Assembly (NCBI GenBank): GCA_965203175.1
Contig: OZ241867.1
Location: 1,856,001 to 1,920,000 of the forward strand
Source: Candidatus Latescibacterota bacterium
GTDB lineage: Bacteria; Latescibacterota; UBA2968; UBA8231
Direction of reading: 5' to 3'
DNA length: 64,000 bases
The stretch's first letter is position 1. Every line of letters starts with the position of its first letter. The notes under the pieces are model-generated. The model worked only from the letters and a program-made list of their open reading frames with translations. It had not been told where the DNA came from and made no database searches. Position numbers and translations under genes: made by a program. Of this stretch, positions 54,295 through 64,000 are shown in pieces.

Positions 54295-55695
54295 ATGGAT
54301 GACACCCTAGCATTTGCCCCCATCGCCGAACTCTCCACCCTGATCCGCCGCGGCGAACTCTCTCCGCTCGAACTCACCGAACTCTACCTAGAGCGCATCG
54401 AGCAATACGATCCGGCGCTCAATGCCTATCTCGCCGTCACGTCTGAGCGCGCGCGCGCCCAAGCCCGCGCTGCCGAAGCGCAAATCGCGTCCGGCACCTA
54501 CCTCGGCCCCTTGCACGGCATTCCCCTCGCCTTTAAGGATCTCGTGGATGTCGCGGACCTGCCCACCACCGGCGGCTCGACCCTGCTGCGCGACAACATT
54601 GCCACAGCCGACGCCACGATTGCCCGCCGCCTTTTTGCCGCGGGCGTCGTGCTCTTGGGCAAGACGCATCTCGTGGAATTCGCTTTTGGCGGTACCGGCG
54701 TCAACCATCACTATGGGACCCCGGTCAACCCCTGGGATCCCGAGATCCACCGCCTGCCGGGCGGGTCGTCCTCTGGCTCGGGCGTGGCCGTGGCGGCTGG
54801 ACTGGCTCCGGCCGCCCTCGGCTCGGACACTGGTGGCTCGGTGCGGATTCCCGCGTCCTTTTGCGGCCTCACCGGCCTCAAGCCCACCTTTGGCTTGCTT
54901 TCCAACACCGGCGTCTTGCCCCTCGACCCCACCCTCGACAGCATCGGGCCTTTGTGCCGCACGGCGCAAGACTGCGCCCTGTTGTGCCAAGCCATGGCGG
55001 ATCCCCTGCCCGGCGATTCGCTTGTGGATCACTTGGAAGGCGAGGTCGCCGGCCTCCGGCTGTGCTTCCCGCGCGAGTATTTCTGGGACGAGGTCGATGC
55101 GGAGGTCGAAGCAGCGGTGCGCGCCTCGGCGAGCGTGTTCGCCGACCTCGGCGTGTACGTCGATGAAATATCGCTCGAAGTACTCGACGATCTAGTCGAA
55201 TGGCGCAGTGGGCCTAGCACCACGGCTGTCGAAGCCTATCTCTATCACCGGCGCAACCTCGAAGCGCACCTCGACCAGTTCGACCCCATTGTCTCGGCGC
55301 GCATACTCGACGGCCGCGATATCCTTGCCGCGGACTTTCTCCAGCAACTCAGAGTACGCGATGAGTTGCGCCGCAAAGCCCGTATGGCCCTCGAAAACGT
55401 CGATTTTCTCATTACCCCGACCACCCCTTTTGCCGCCCCGATTCTCGACGAGATTGACCGCGACGAGGTCTATTTCCCCATCAATGGTCTCTGCCTGCGC
55501 AACACCATCGCCGTCAATCTCCTCGACCTGTGCGCCGTCTCCTTGCCCTGCGGGTTCACGCGCGATGGCTTGCCCATCGGCTTGCAACTCGTCGGCCATC
55601 CCCGCGACGAGGCGCGGTTGTTGCGTCTAGCCCGCGCTTTTGAGCAAGCCACTGACTACAATCTTCTCACGCCCGCACTCGACGCTTTTGCCTAG
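54295..55695 (+). CDS. Amidase signature family protein
   Basis: GPLHGIPLAFKD, GGSSSGS and GSDTGGSVRIPASFCG motifs. Confidence 0.92.
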   Translation: MDDTLAFAPIAELSTLIRRGELSPLELTELYLERIEQYDPALNAYLAVTSERARAQARAAEAQIASGTYLGPLHGIPLAFKDLVDVADLPTTGGSTLLRDNIATADATIARRLFAAGVVLLGKTHLVEFAFGGTGVNHHYGTPVNPWDPEIHRLPGGSSSGSGVAVAAGLAPAALGSDTGGSVRIPASFCGLTGLKPTFGLLSNTGVLPLDPTLDSIGPLCRTAQDCALLCQAMADPLPGDSLVDHLEGEVAGLRLCFPREYFWDEVDAEVEAAVRASASVFADLGVYVDEISLEVLDDLVEWRSGPSTTAVEAYLYHRRNLEAHLDQFDPIVSARILDGRDILAADFLQQLRVRDELRRKARMALENVDFLITPTTPFAAPILDEIDRDEVYFPINGLCLRNTIAVNLLDLCAVSLPCGFTRDGLPIGLQLVGHPRDEARLLRLARAFEQATDYNLLTPALDAFA

Positions 55696-55714
55696 CAAAA
55701 TGCGATGGGGCGGC

Positions 55715-55743
55715 TTGCCAATATGTGGGGCTAGGTCTATATT
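55715..55743 (+). promoter_or_regulatory. Sigma70-type promoter of tRNA-Glu
   Basis: TTGCCA-N17-TATATT, 13 bp upstream of the tRNA. Confidence 0.65.
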
Positions 55744-55756
55744 TTTTGCCCTACGT

Positions 55757-55831
55757 GCTCCCATCGTCTAGCGGTTAGGACCCAGGGTTTTCAACCCTGT
55801 AACCGGAGTTCGAGTCTCCGTGGGAGCACCA
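55757..55831 (+). tRNA. tRNA-Glu (anticodon TTC)
   Basis: Acceptor stem GCTCCCA/TGGGAGC, anticodon arm CAGGG-TTTTCAA-CCCTG, T loop GTTCGAG, encoded CCA. Confidence 0.96.
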
Positions 55832-55862
55832 TTTTTATGTACGCTACGCTGAGGAGGAATTC

Positions 55863-56732
55863 ATGTTCGACATCGGCATCTTCGCCCCCTTTGGGGCCGA
55901 CCACGATCGCAACATCGCCTATTGCCGCGACGCCGGCGCTAGCCACATCGTCTTGAATACGGGCAACATCTCTTCAGACGACGCGCCCGCGGCCGACTCG
56001 CTCAAGACGCTAGCCGACCAATACGCCGGTGCCGAAGTGGTGCTGGCCGGGCTGACCCCGCCGCGCCTCAGCCTCGACGCCTGCGTTGACAGCGCGTCCC
56101 GCACGCGCGAAGTGGGGTACATGCGCCGCCTAATTGAAAACATGGGCCACGCTCAAATACCTTTCGTGCATTTCTACCTCAGTGCCGACGCAGCCCCCAC
56201 CGACCCAGACGAGCGGCAGCAGCACTGGCAGGGCTTGGTGGAAATCTACCAAGAGCTCGGCCAAATCGGCGACGAGGCCGGCGTGCGGATATCCACCCAC
56301 ACGTTCCACGTGCCCGACCGCCTGATCTGGAACAGAGAGACCTTTGGGAATCTAATGGCCGCTACCGACTCGCCGGCCCATGGCCTGACCTTCTGCCAAG
56401 GCAAGTCGCAAATGGCCGGCGACAGCCTGCCCGAGGTCATCCGCCATTTCGGCGACAAGGTCTTTATGGTCCACGTGCGCGACATCGCCACCAAGGCCCA
56501 AGGGCCGACTACCCCGGAAATCGAGCAGCGGCTGGCGGACTTGGGCTATCTCGAAGTGCCCTTCGGCTCGGGGGAAGTCGATATGGTCGGCACCATCCGC
56601 GCCCTCAAAGAAATCGACTACCAGGGCCAGATTTACCCCGAGCACTTTCCGTCCATCGCCGGCGACCACGCCGCGGGGCTAGCTTGGACTCTTGGCTACA
56701 TCCGCGCCTTAGACCAAGCAGTCGTTGTCTAA
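55863..56732 (+). CDS. Xylose isomerase-like TIM barrel protein (UxuA-related)
   Basis: GLTFCQG, VHVRD, FGSGEVDM, PEHFP and AWTLGYIRAL; GAGGAGG RBS. Confidence 0.75.
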   Translation: MFDIGIFAPFGADHDRNIAYCRDAGASHIVLNTGNISSDDAPAADSLKTLADQYAGAEVVLAGLTPPRLSLDACVDSASRTREVGYMRRLIENMGHAQIPFVHFYLSADAAPTDPDERQQHWQGLVEIYQELGQIGDEAGVRISTHTFHVPDRLIWNRETFGNLMAATDSPAHGLTFCQGKSQMAGDSLPEVIRHFGDKVFMVHVRDIATKAQGPTTPEIEQRLADLGYLEVPFGSGEVDMVGTIRALKEIDYQGQIYPEHFPSIAGDHAAGLAWTLGYIRALDQAVVV

Positions 56733-56735
56733 TGG

Positions 56736-56763
56736 GTAGGGGCGATTCGCGAATCGCCCCTAC
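56736..56763. repeat. GTAG-type REP palindrome
   Basis: Perfect 28-bp palindrome GTAGGGGCGATTCGCGAATCGCCCCTAC, 3 bp after a stop codon. Confidence 0.8.
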
Positions 56764-56877
56764 AAGACATCGGCCACTGCGCTCCCTTCGACAGTAGGGG
56801 CTACTACGTCGGCAAATGGACACCCCCTTTTAGCCGCTCTATATTTGCCTTTTCAACCTCATTGGAAAGGTACTGCT

Positions 56878-57630
56878 ATGCCTCATCTCACCTCCGCAGA
56901 CAAGTGTTCCTTTAAGGAAAATGGCTGTCTCATCGTCCGCGGCGCACTCACGTCCGCGCAAATTCAAGCCGCTCAAGATGCCCTCTGGACCGGCATTGAC
57001 GCCGACCGCGACGATCCTGCAACTTGGGTCGACGCTGGGCCGCGCACCCCGGTGCCCGCCCATCACCCGGCTATCCACGCTGCCGTCCACGAGTCGCCGC
57101 TCTTTGCGATGATGGAGGAAATGGTCGGCGAGGGTCAGCTCAATTCCGGCAGCGCTGGTCCCGCGCTGGTATATCCAGCCAAAGACAAGACTTGGTCCCT
57201 GCCCGAGCGCGGTCATCTCGACGGCTACTACACCCCGACCAACGGCGTGCCCGAAGGCACGGTCGGCTACATGACCATCAACGTCACGGTCTACGTCGAG
57301 GACATCGACTCGCAGGGCGGCTGCTTCACCTATTGGCCCGGCAGCCATAACGTGGCCTACGAGTACTTCAAAACGCACTCGCTGCTGTCGGTACAGGGCG
57401 GCGTTTCCAGTGACGTATTTGCGGAGGGAACCTTCCCCCAAGGGAGTGAATTTGTCGGCCAAGCCGGCGATGCCATCTTCTGGCACGGCCAGCTTTTTCA
57501 CACGGGTTCCAAGAACGTCAATCGCAACATCCGCATGGCCCTCATCGGCCGCTTCTCGCGCAAAGACACCAACGATATCCGTTTTGAGACCTGCGACGAC
57601 CAGTGGGCGCATTGGGAGGGGATTAGTTGA
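56878..57630 (+). CDS. Phytanoyl-CoA dioxygenase (PhyH) family protein
   Basis: F.ENG.LIV, HLD iron motif, WPGSH and GDAIFWH..LFH...N...R. Confidence 0.88.
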   Translation: MPHLTSADKCSFKENGCLIVRGALTSAQIQAAQDALWTGIDADRDDPATWVDAGPRTPVPAHHPAIHAAVHESPLFAMMEEMVGEGQLNSGSAGPALVYPAKDKTWSLPERGHLDGYYTPTNGVPEGTVGYMTINVTVYVEDIDSQGGCFTYWPGSHNVAYEYFKTHSLLSVQGGVSSDVFAEGTFPQGSEFVGQAGDAIFWHGQLFHTGSKNVNRNIRMALIGRFSRKDTNDIRFETCDDQWAHWEGIS

Positions 57631-58406
57631 TGCACCTCGTCTTCAGCCCGACCCTCTGCCCAGACCTGCTCTTGCCCAAAGTACTCGACCTCGCCAAGGC
57701 GGCCGGCTTTTCCCGCATCGAACTCTTCCGCGCTTACACTGAGAGCACCCCCGTCCACCGCGACTGGTCCGTACCCATGGTCCGCACCGCCATTGCGAAC
57801 GCTGGCGTGCAACTTGCCGGCTTCAACATCCGCAATCTCACCGGCCGCAAGGCCGACTCCGACGAGCGCAACCTCGCCTACAACCTGCGCCAACTCGAAT
57901 GGGACATCCACTTGGGCCGCGCCCTCGGGGTCAAAACCCTGAACACCAAGGGCGGTGCCCGCACGGACGAGGCCCTCGCCGACCTCATCGAAGGCGTCAA
58001 CACGCTCCTCGACAACATCCCCGATATCGCTCTCAACTTGGGCAACCACAAAGGCAACCGCCTCCAGGGACTGGCCGACTACCAAGCGGTGATGCCCGAG
58101 CTACCCGAGCGGGCGCGCGTGCTCTTGGACACCGGCCACTTGCTCTCGGTCGGCGAGCCGATTATGCCCTTTGCCGAGGCCCTCGCCGGGCGCATTGGTC
58201 TCGTCCACCTGCGCGACCAGCAGGGCGAAAAGCCCGTGCCCTTCGGAGAAGGGGAATTGCCCTTTGCGGAATTGTTTAAACTGTTAGCGGATAGCGGTTA
58301 CGACGGCCCCCTCGTCGTCGAGCTTGAGGAGGTCGATTGGGACGAGCCGCTGACGGCGGCTATTGCCGCACGCCAATACGTCGAGGCCCTGCGGCCCCAA
58401 TACTGA
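57630..58406 (+). CDS. Sugar phosphate isomerase/epimerase (TIM barrel)
   Basis: LDTGH, VHLRD, PFGEG and GYDGPLVVELE motifs. Confidence 0.85.
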   Translation: MHLVFSPTLCPDLLLPKVLDLAKAAGFSRIELFRAYTESTPVHRDWSVPMVRTAIANAGVQLAGFNIRNLTGRKADSDERNLAYNLRQLEWDIHLGRALGVKTLNTKGGARTDEALADLIEGVNTLLDNIPDIALNLGNHKGNRLQGLADYQAVMPELPERARVLLDTGHLLSVGEPIMPFAEALAGRIGLVHLRDQQGEKPVPFGEGELPFAELFKLLADSGYDGPLVVELEEVDWDEPLTAAIAARQYVEALRPQY

Positions 58407-58527
58407 GGCCGGACAGCTCTCGGCTGAATTTGGGCGTGGTATTCCGTAGAAGCTGTCAAGTTCTGAGCATTTTACCTGCGATATCTAAAAGGAATTTCCT
58501 ATTTTCTAGGCTAAGGAGGAATTGACC

Positions 58528-58770
58528 ATGCCCATGATAGCTGTGCCCGCCCATTTTGACGGGGAACGCATTTGCTTGGATGAGCCATTTGACCTAGAAC
58601 CGAATGCGAAACTGATTGTCACTATTCTACCAGGAAGAGAATCTGACAGTGAGTATGCAGCTTGGTTGCATTTATCCAGTCAAAGGCTAAAAGACGCCTA
58701 CGGAGAGAACGAACCTGAGTATTCATCGGAGTTGCTCAAAGAGGTGAATCCCGACTATGAAGGAAGGTGA
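58528..58770 (+). CDS. Putative antitoxin (small acidic protein)
   Basis: AAGGAGG RBS; overlaps the PemK-like gene; acidic C-terminus (DAYGENEPEY); AT-rich island. Confidence 0.6.
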   Translation: MPMIAVPAHFDGERICLDEPFDLEPNAKLIVTILPGRESDSEYAAWLHLSSQRLKDAYGENEPEYSSELLKEVNPDYEGR

Positions 58771-59098
58771 CGTCGTTATTACGCCAGTACCTCAGGCCGA
58801 TGGAGAACTAAAGGACAGACCTACCATTTTCCTACGGGAAATGCCGCCCTATCGCGATTTACTCGTTTGCGGTGTAAGCACGCAGTTACATCAGCATGTC
58901 GGGAACTTTGACGAAACTATTTCTTCTACCGACGAAGATTTCAAGTCGAGTGGTCTGCGATCAACATCTCTGATTCGACTTGGCTTTCTCGCTGTGCTAC
59001 CGCGTCATAGCGTACTTGGCACTATAGGTTCCATTTCGACCGAACGGCACAAACGTCTATTGAGAAAGCTGAGTGATTACCTTACTTACGCTCACTGA
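58757..59098 (+). CDS. PemK/MazF family toxin
   Basis: MKEGDVV..P.PQADG..K.RP, CGVST and GLRSTSLIR..L motifs. Confidence 0.8.
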   Translation: MKEGDVVITPVPQADGELKDRPTIFLREMPPYRDLLVCGVSTQLHQHVGNFDETISSTDEDFKSSGLRSTSLIRLGFLAVLPRHSVLGTIGSISTERHKRLLRKLSDYLTYAH

Positions 59099-59210
59099 TC
59101 TTTTGCGGCCCCCCAATGCCGCGGCTTGACCTCGCTCCTGCCGTTTGCCCCACCCTGTCTCACCTCATACATTCCCCGCATAGACCCGACCCCCACTCAG
59201 GAGCCTAACC

Positions 59211-61097
59211 ATGAAAAAAATTACCACCGCCGACTTCCGCGACTATCGCCGCGACCGCTTCATCGACGCCCAAACCACCCGCGCCGCCCGCCTCGCCCCC
59301 ACCTATATGATCACCAACGAAATGGGCGTTGACGGCGACATCTGCGAGGAACTCACGCCCGCGCTCTGCGCAAAAGTCGAGTTCGACATCCCCTCGGCCA
59401 AGACCAAAGGAGCCGAACTGCTCTTTTACGTCAACGCCGACAAATCCACGGCCGACAAACCCATGCGGCTCCAAGTCAACGGCCACGTCCTCACTCACCG
59501 CCAAGACCGCGAGCGCATGCTCACCGGCGGTTGGGACCGCAAGAAAATCGCCGCCAAATACCTCAAAGAAGGCACCAACGAATTCGTGTTCTCGCACAGC
59601 GGCGTGTTGCACATCGACCCCTTCCCAGGCGGTCTGGCCGACGCGCCCCCAAGCCGTTCGAGCCGCAGCTTTGACGGTGGCAAGACTTGGCACCAAGGCA
59701 CCTTGGGCGAAGCCCGCGCCATTGAAGGCGAATATCTAGTGCGGCTGCGCGTCAAGGGACATCCGCCTCAAGGGACGCTCTGCTCGCCAGTCATCGACCT
59801 AGCCGACGAAGACGGCCGCGGCCGCATCGCCCCGCGAATGGGCATTCGCCGTCTGCACCTGAAAGCGCGGATGCGCCAGCCGCAGGGGACCCAAATACAC
59901 TTTGAATTGCGCACGGGTTCGACGCCTTCCTTTGATCCGCGCACCTGGACGGCTTGGGAGCGAGGCACCGCCTTGCAGTGGCCCGGGCGCTTCGTGCAGT
60001 GGCGCGCCATCCTCGAAACCGACGCGGCCAACAAGACCCCGACGCTCCAGGCCGTCACCCTCGAAGCCGATATCGAGGAAGACGCCAAGAGCCTCGCGCC
60101 CTTCAAGCGGGCAGAATTCGACCAACCCGAGTTCGTACACAGCTCGTACCCCTTCGCCTATATGGGACTGCATCCGCACCAAGAGCGGCTGCGCAAGCAG
60201 TACCGCCTTGACGAAGTCATCGCCAAAGGCAAAACCGAACTCGAACAACTAGCCCTTTTGCGCGACTGGGTCCACAGCCAGTGGCTGGGCTGGCAATCCG
60301 ACAAATATCCCCACTGCCCCTCTTGGAACCCCCTCGAAGTCCTCGACACCACCAAGGGCGACTGGGGCTTTGGCATGTGTACTCACTACGGGGCGGTGTT
60401 CGCCGGCTGCGCCTCGTCCCTAGGCTGGGTGGCCCGCTCAATCGTCGTCGATCACCACTGCTTGGCCGAGGTCTGGAGCGAGGAGTTGCAAAAGTGGATC
60501 CTCGAAGACGCCGGCCCGGCCCGCGAATTCGATGCCACCTACGAAATCGACGGCGTGCCCATCAACGCCTTGGAACTGCACGAGGCTGCGGCGGACGAGC
60601 GGCGCGAAAAGATCATGGCCAACAAGTTGCCGCAAAAGGTCGTCGAGCCTATGGCCAGCTATATCGACGTCTTCTGCCGCTTCGGCATTCCGTTGCGCAA
60701 CACGCATCTGATCTTTGCCGAGCCGGCCGAGCTGCGCCACGGTGCCGGGCAGTACCACTGGGATGGCTATCTGTGGTGGTCGGACGACGTTGATCCCCGC
60801 TACGCCGAGTACTCCTTGCAGACCTCTCGCATCGGGGACTTCTACTGGTCGGTCAACCAGACGCGGCTCTACCTCCAAGTGGCGGAAAAGGCGCGCACGC
60901 TGCAAGTCGATCTAGAGCACACTGCGCCCAACTTCTCGCACTTTTTGGTGCGCCAAGACGGCGGCTCGTGGCGCGAGGAGCGAGAAGCCCGCTTTGAGTG
61001 GACGCTCGCCGAGGGCGAAAACCTGCTCGAAGCGCGGGCAGTCAACATCTTCGGCAAGCAGGGCCGTATCGCCAAAGCGCACGTCAAAGCGTCGTAA
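59211..61097 (+). CDS. Hypothetical protein with a transglutaminase-like Cys-His-Asp domain
   Basis: GMCTHYG, HCLAEVW and KWILED; preceded by LRDWVH; AGGAG RBS. Confidence 0.7.
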   Translation: MKKITTADFRDYRRDRFIDAQTTRAARLAPTYMITNEMGVDGDICEELTPALCAKVEFDIPSAKTKGAELLFYVNADKSTADKPMRLQVNGHVLTHRQDRERMLTGGWDRKKIAAKYLKEGTNEFVFSHSGVLHIDPFPGGLADAPPSRSSRSFDGGKTWHQGTLGEARAIEGEYLVRLRVKGHPPQGTLCSPVIDLADEDGRGRIAPRMGIRRLHLKARMRQPQGTQIHFELRTGSTPSFDPRTWTAWERGTALQWPGRFVQWRAILETDAANKTPTLQAVTLEADIEEDAKSLAPFKRAEFDQPEFVHSSYPFAYMGLHPHQERLRKQYRLDEVIAKGKTELEQLALLRDWVHSQWLGWQSDKYPHCPSWNPLEVLDTTKGDWGFGMCTHYGAVFAGCASSLGWVARSIVVDHHCLAEVWSEELQKWILEDAGPAREFDATYEIDGVPINALELHEAAADERREKIMANKLPQKVVEPMASYIDVFCRFGIPLRNTHLIFAEPAELRHGAGQYHWDGYLWWSDDVDPRYAEYSLQTSRIGDFYWSVNQTRLYLQVAEKARTLQVDLEHTAPNFSHFLVRQDGGSWREEREARFEWTLAEGENLLEARAVNIFGKQGRIAKAHVKAS

Positions 61098-61110
61098 AGC
61101 TACCTAGCCT

Positions 61111-62550
61111 GTGAGCGCCTCGCTCTCCCTGGCCACGCGCGCTCTGCGCGGTTTTCTCTGGAACGGCAGCGCTTCTGTTATCCAGCTCGGCGTCATGCTG
61201 GCGCTCTACAAGCTCTTGCCGCTGGAGAAGCTGGGCCATTTTGAGTGGGCACTCGCCCTAGTGATGCTCCTATCGCTGGTCGGCGACTTAGGTCTAGGCG
61301 CGGCCCTAGTCCAGCTACCAGACGCGGGCGAGGAACACTTCGACACGGCCTTCTGGACTTGTTTGAGCTGGGGACTGCTGCTGACCGCCGCAGTCGTCGC
61401 CGCCGTCTCTTGGCTCGCTCCTCTTTTGGGGGGCGAAGACCCACACACCTTCGGTCGCGTCCTGCGCACACTTTGCTTGGCAATTCCCTGCGCTTCATTG
61501 GCGGGCCTGTTGCGGGCCAGATTGCAGCGCGACCTCGATTTCCGCGCCGTGGCCCTTTCCGAACTGGTTTCGGTCCTGACCTTCGGCCTTACAGTGACAT
61601 TCCTGCTTTTCTGGCGACCCGAATTGGGCGTCTTGATCCCGGTTTTCGGCTCGGTCGTGCGCGAACTAGGGCTCTTCAGCAGCCTCGCCCTTTCGGCCCG
61701 CTGGCTTCCGCGCCTGCGCTTCCGGCTCCAAGCACTGCGCCAAATCCTTGGCTTCGCGCTAAATCTCACGGGTTCGCGCGTAGTGGCCCTGCTCAATACC
61801 AAGATCGCCTATTTCTTTATTTTCGTACCGCTGGGGGCCACGGCCCAAGCCTATTACAGCTTGGCCGAGCGATTGACCTTGCAGCCTCTGACCCGGCTGG
61901 CCACGACCATCCAGCGCGTCTCCTTCCCGACCTTTTCGACGATCGTGGACGACGACTCGCTCCTGCGCCGTGGCTATTTGTCCTCGGTACAGGGCTTGGT
62001 GTTAGCGCTGGGTCCAGTTCTCGCGGGGATATTCGTCTTCGCGCCGGAGATTGCCGCCTTGGTCAACACCGAGCCGATGTGGACGGTACTGCGCCTGTTG
62101 GCCGCGGCCACGCTTTTGAAAGTCGCCAGCACCTTGGTCGGCTCGATTTTTATGGCCAAAGGCAAAACCGACTGGTCTTTCTACTGGTCGCTCTTTAGCA
62201 TGGGTGTGCTGATCCCAGCCCTGTACTTCTATGGCCTGCCGCGTGGTGTCGAAGGCGTGGCCAGCGTCATCGCCGCCGCCGCCCTGCTGTTCTTGCTGCT
62301 TTCGCAGTACCTCGTCAACCGCTTGATTGACCTGCCTTTTGCAACCTATCTCGCCGCGTTCAGCCGCCCCGGTCTGGTGGTCGCCTTCGTCTTCACCGTT
62401 CTCCTGCTGGCCCGACCTCTGCTGCCTTGGTCACCGCTCGCCGTCCTCGTCGTCGGTGCGGTCCTCGGCGTCGGCGCGACCTCAACTGCCCTCTTCCTCT
62501 TCGCCCGCGACCTGTGCCGCACCTATTGGGCGAGCCTGCGCGGGACCTGA
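61111..62550 (+). CDS. Polysaccharide flippase (Wzx/WzxC-like, MOP superfamily)
   Basis: Multiple TM helices; DLGLGAALVQ, LQRDLDFR and RVSFPTFS motifs. Confidence 0.85.
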   Translation: MSASLSLATRALRGFLWNGSASVIQLGVMLALYKLLPLEKLGHFEWALALVMLLSLVGDLGLGAALVQLPDAGEEHFDTAFWTCLSWGLLLTAAVVAAVSWLAPLLGGEDPHTFGRVLRTLCLAIPCASLAGLLRARLQRDLDFRAVALSELVSVLTFGLTVTFLLFWRPELGVLIPVFGSVVRELGLFSSLALSARWLPRLRFRLQALRQILGFALNLTGSRVVALLNTKIAYFFIFVPLGATAQAYYSLAERLTLQPLTRLATTIQRVSFPTFSTIVDDDSLLRRGYLSSVQGLVLALGPVLAGIFVFAPEIAALVNTEPMWTVLRLLAAATLLKVASTLVGSIFMAKGKTDWSFYWSLFSMGVLIPALYFYGLPRGVEGVASVIAAAALLFLLLSQYLVNRLIDLPFATYLAAFSRPGLVVAFVFTVLLLARPLLPWSPLAVLVVGAVLGVGATSTALFLFARDLCRTYWASLRGT

Positions 62551-62628
62551 TTCTGTCCTAGGCAAAAATTGCGCGGGTGCCTGTTTTGGAATATGTTTTT
62601 AGGCAACTGCTCTAAAGGAGATTGCGCT

Positions 62629-63528
62629 ATGAGCGAGATACAAAATGGCCAGACTGGCACCCTACGCCTCAAGACCGGCCTCGCCGAAATGCTCAAGGGC
62701 GGCGTCATCATGGACGTCGTCACCGCCGACCAAGCCAAGATCGCCGAAGACGCTGGGGCCACCTCGGTCATGGCGCTGGAAAGAGTGCCCGCTGACATCC
62801 GCGCCGAAGGCGGGGTGTCGCGCATGTCGAGCATTGAGAAGCTGCGCCAGATCATGGAGTCCACCTCCATTCCGGTCATGGCCAAATGCCGCATTGGCCA
62901 CTTTGCCGAAGCGCAGATGCTCCAAGCCCTCGGGATCGACTACGTCGACGAAAGCGAGGTCTTGACGCCGGCCGACGAGCACTATCACGTCGATAAGTTC
63001 GCCTTTGAGGTACCCTTCGTCTGCGGCTGCCGCAACCTCGGCGAAGCCCTGCGGCGGATTGGCGAGGGCGCGGCCATGATCCGCACCAAGGGTGAGGCTG
63101 GCTCGGGCAACATCGTCGAAGCCGTGCGCCACATGCGCTCGGTTACGGACGAAATTCGCCGGCTGACGATCCTGCGTCCTGAACAGCTAATGACTGCAGC
63201 CAAAGACCTAGGCGCACCGTATGAATTGGTCCGCTGGGTCGCCGAGCACGGCAAGCTGCCAGTGCCCAATTTTGCCGCCGGCGGCGTCGCCACGCCAGCC
63301 GATGCCTCGCTGATGATGCAGCTCGGTGCCGAGGCCGTTTTCGTCGGCTCCGGAATCTTTAAGTCCGGCGATCCGGCCATCCGCGCCAAAGCCATCGTCG
63401 AGGCCACCACCCACTACGACGATCCAGAGGTCCTGATCCGCGTCTCTGAAAACCTCGGCGAGGCCATGGTCGGCATCAACATCGACACCCTCGAAGAAAA
63501 GGACAAACTGCAAACCCGCGGCTGGTAG
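62629..63528 (+). CDS. pdxS: Pyridoxal 5'-phosphate synthase lyase subunit
   Basis: [36 protein letters not shown] and [12 protein letters not shown] motifs. Confidence 0.97.
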   Translation: MSEIQNGQTGTLRLKTGLAEMLKGGVIMDVVTADQAKIAEDAGATSVMALERVPADIRAEGGVSRMSSIEKLRQIMESTSIPVMAKCRIGHFAEAQMLQALGIDYVDESEVLTPADEHYHVDKFAFEVPFVCGCRNLGEALRRIGEGAAMIRTKGEAGSGNIVEAVRHMRSVTDEIRRLTILRPEQLMTAAKDLGAPYELVRWVAEHGKLPVPNFAAGGVATPADASLMMQLGAEAVFVGSGIFKSGDPAIRAKAIVEATTHYDDPEVLIRVSENLGEAMVGINIDTLEEKDKLQTRGW

Positions 63529-63555
63529 GACGCCGCACAGATGCAAACGGAAAAT

Positions 63556-63585
63556 GCCCCGTCTCTGCTCTGTCAGGGACGGGGT
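63556..63585. terminator. GC-rich hairpin after pdxS, possible terminator
   Basis: GCCCCGTCTCTG-N6-CAGGGACGGGGT stem with two G-U pairs; weak U tract on +. Confidence 0.45.
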
Positions 63586-63603
63586 AATCTTATGGTATAA
63601 GCG

Positions 63604-64000
63604 ATGATTGGAATTTTGGGATTGCAGGGCGACTACGCGGCCCACGGCAAAATGCTCGACGCATTAGCCGTCGAATCCCGCGTGGTCAAAAAGCCGGAGC
63701 AATTGTCCACAGTTGACGGCTTAATCTTCCCCGGCGGCGAGAGCACGACGCTAATCAAGCTCATGGACTCTTGGGAGTTCTGGGCACCGCTGTGGGACTT
63801 CGCCGCAGACGGCAATCCCATTTTTGGCACCTGCGCCGGAATGATCCTGTTGGCCAAAGGCGTCTCCAACCCGTCGCAGAAGTCCCTCGCCCTGATCGAC
63901 ATAGACGTCGAGCGCAACAGCTACGGGCGCCAAGTCGATAGCTTCGAGGGGACGGGCGTTTGGGCGGCGGATGGGCAACCGCGATCCCTGCCGATGATTT
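63604..64000 (+). CDS. pdxT: Pyridoxal 5'-phosphate synthase glutaminase subunit (3'-truncated by window edge)
   Basis: Manual translation MIGILGLQGDY...PGGESTT...FGTCAGMILLA...RNSYGRQVDSFE; not in the ORF track because there is no stop in the window. Confidence 0.95.
   Translation, partial: MIGILGLQGDYAAHGKMLDALAVESRVVKKPEQLSTVDGLIFPGGESTTLIKLMDSWEFWAPLWDFAADGNPIFGTCAGMILLAKGVSNPSQKSLALIDIDVERNSYGRQVDSFEGTGVWAADGQPRSLPMI

Noticed and set aside
55757-55831. tRNA-Glu as the attachment site of an island
   Set aside because: No duplicate of its 3' end was noticed in the window, and the downstream genes look like host metabolism.
1-64000. CRISPR array or cas operon
   Set aside because: No regularly spaced repeat-spacer series was seen; the only Cas4-like motif belongs to a DinG-family fusion with no cas neighbours.

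Overview
Gene-dense, GC-rich bacterial chromosome segment with about 55 CDS and one tRNA-Glu(TTC). It is dominated by sugar-acid and polysaccharide catabolism: four enolase-superfamily dehydratases, UxuA-like and TIM-barrel isomerases, Gfo/Idh/MocA oxidoreductases, a sulfatase, GH88, a PL26-like protein and a NagB-PIG-L fusion. It also carries housekeeping genes (acnA, gap, mtnP, modABC, pdxS/pdxT, ferritin, UbiD family) and two toxin-antitoxin pairs. This content and a FlgD/T9SS-like C-terminal domain suggest an FCB-group organism such as Latescibacterota; that is inference only. I found no integrase, transposase or CRISPR array. The most unusual signals are non-genic. (1) An 80-bp direct repeat flanks one AT-rich orphan gene, and its three mismatches are all synonymous in the frame of the neighbouring enolase gene. 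(2) A ~130-bp ghost at 19.1 kb keeps the promoter/leader sequences of two genes located 5.5 kb away but lacks the ORFs. Both suggest gene gain or loss by recombination with no mobile-element enzyme in view. An uncharacterised DUF455 di-iron/ATP-grasp fusion is the most interesting single protein. Product calls come from motif recognition, not database searches.
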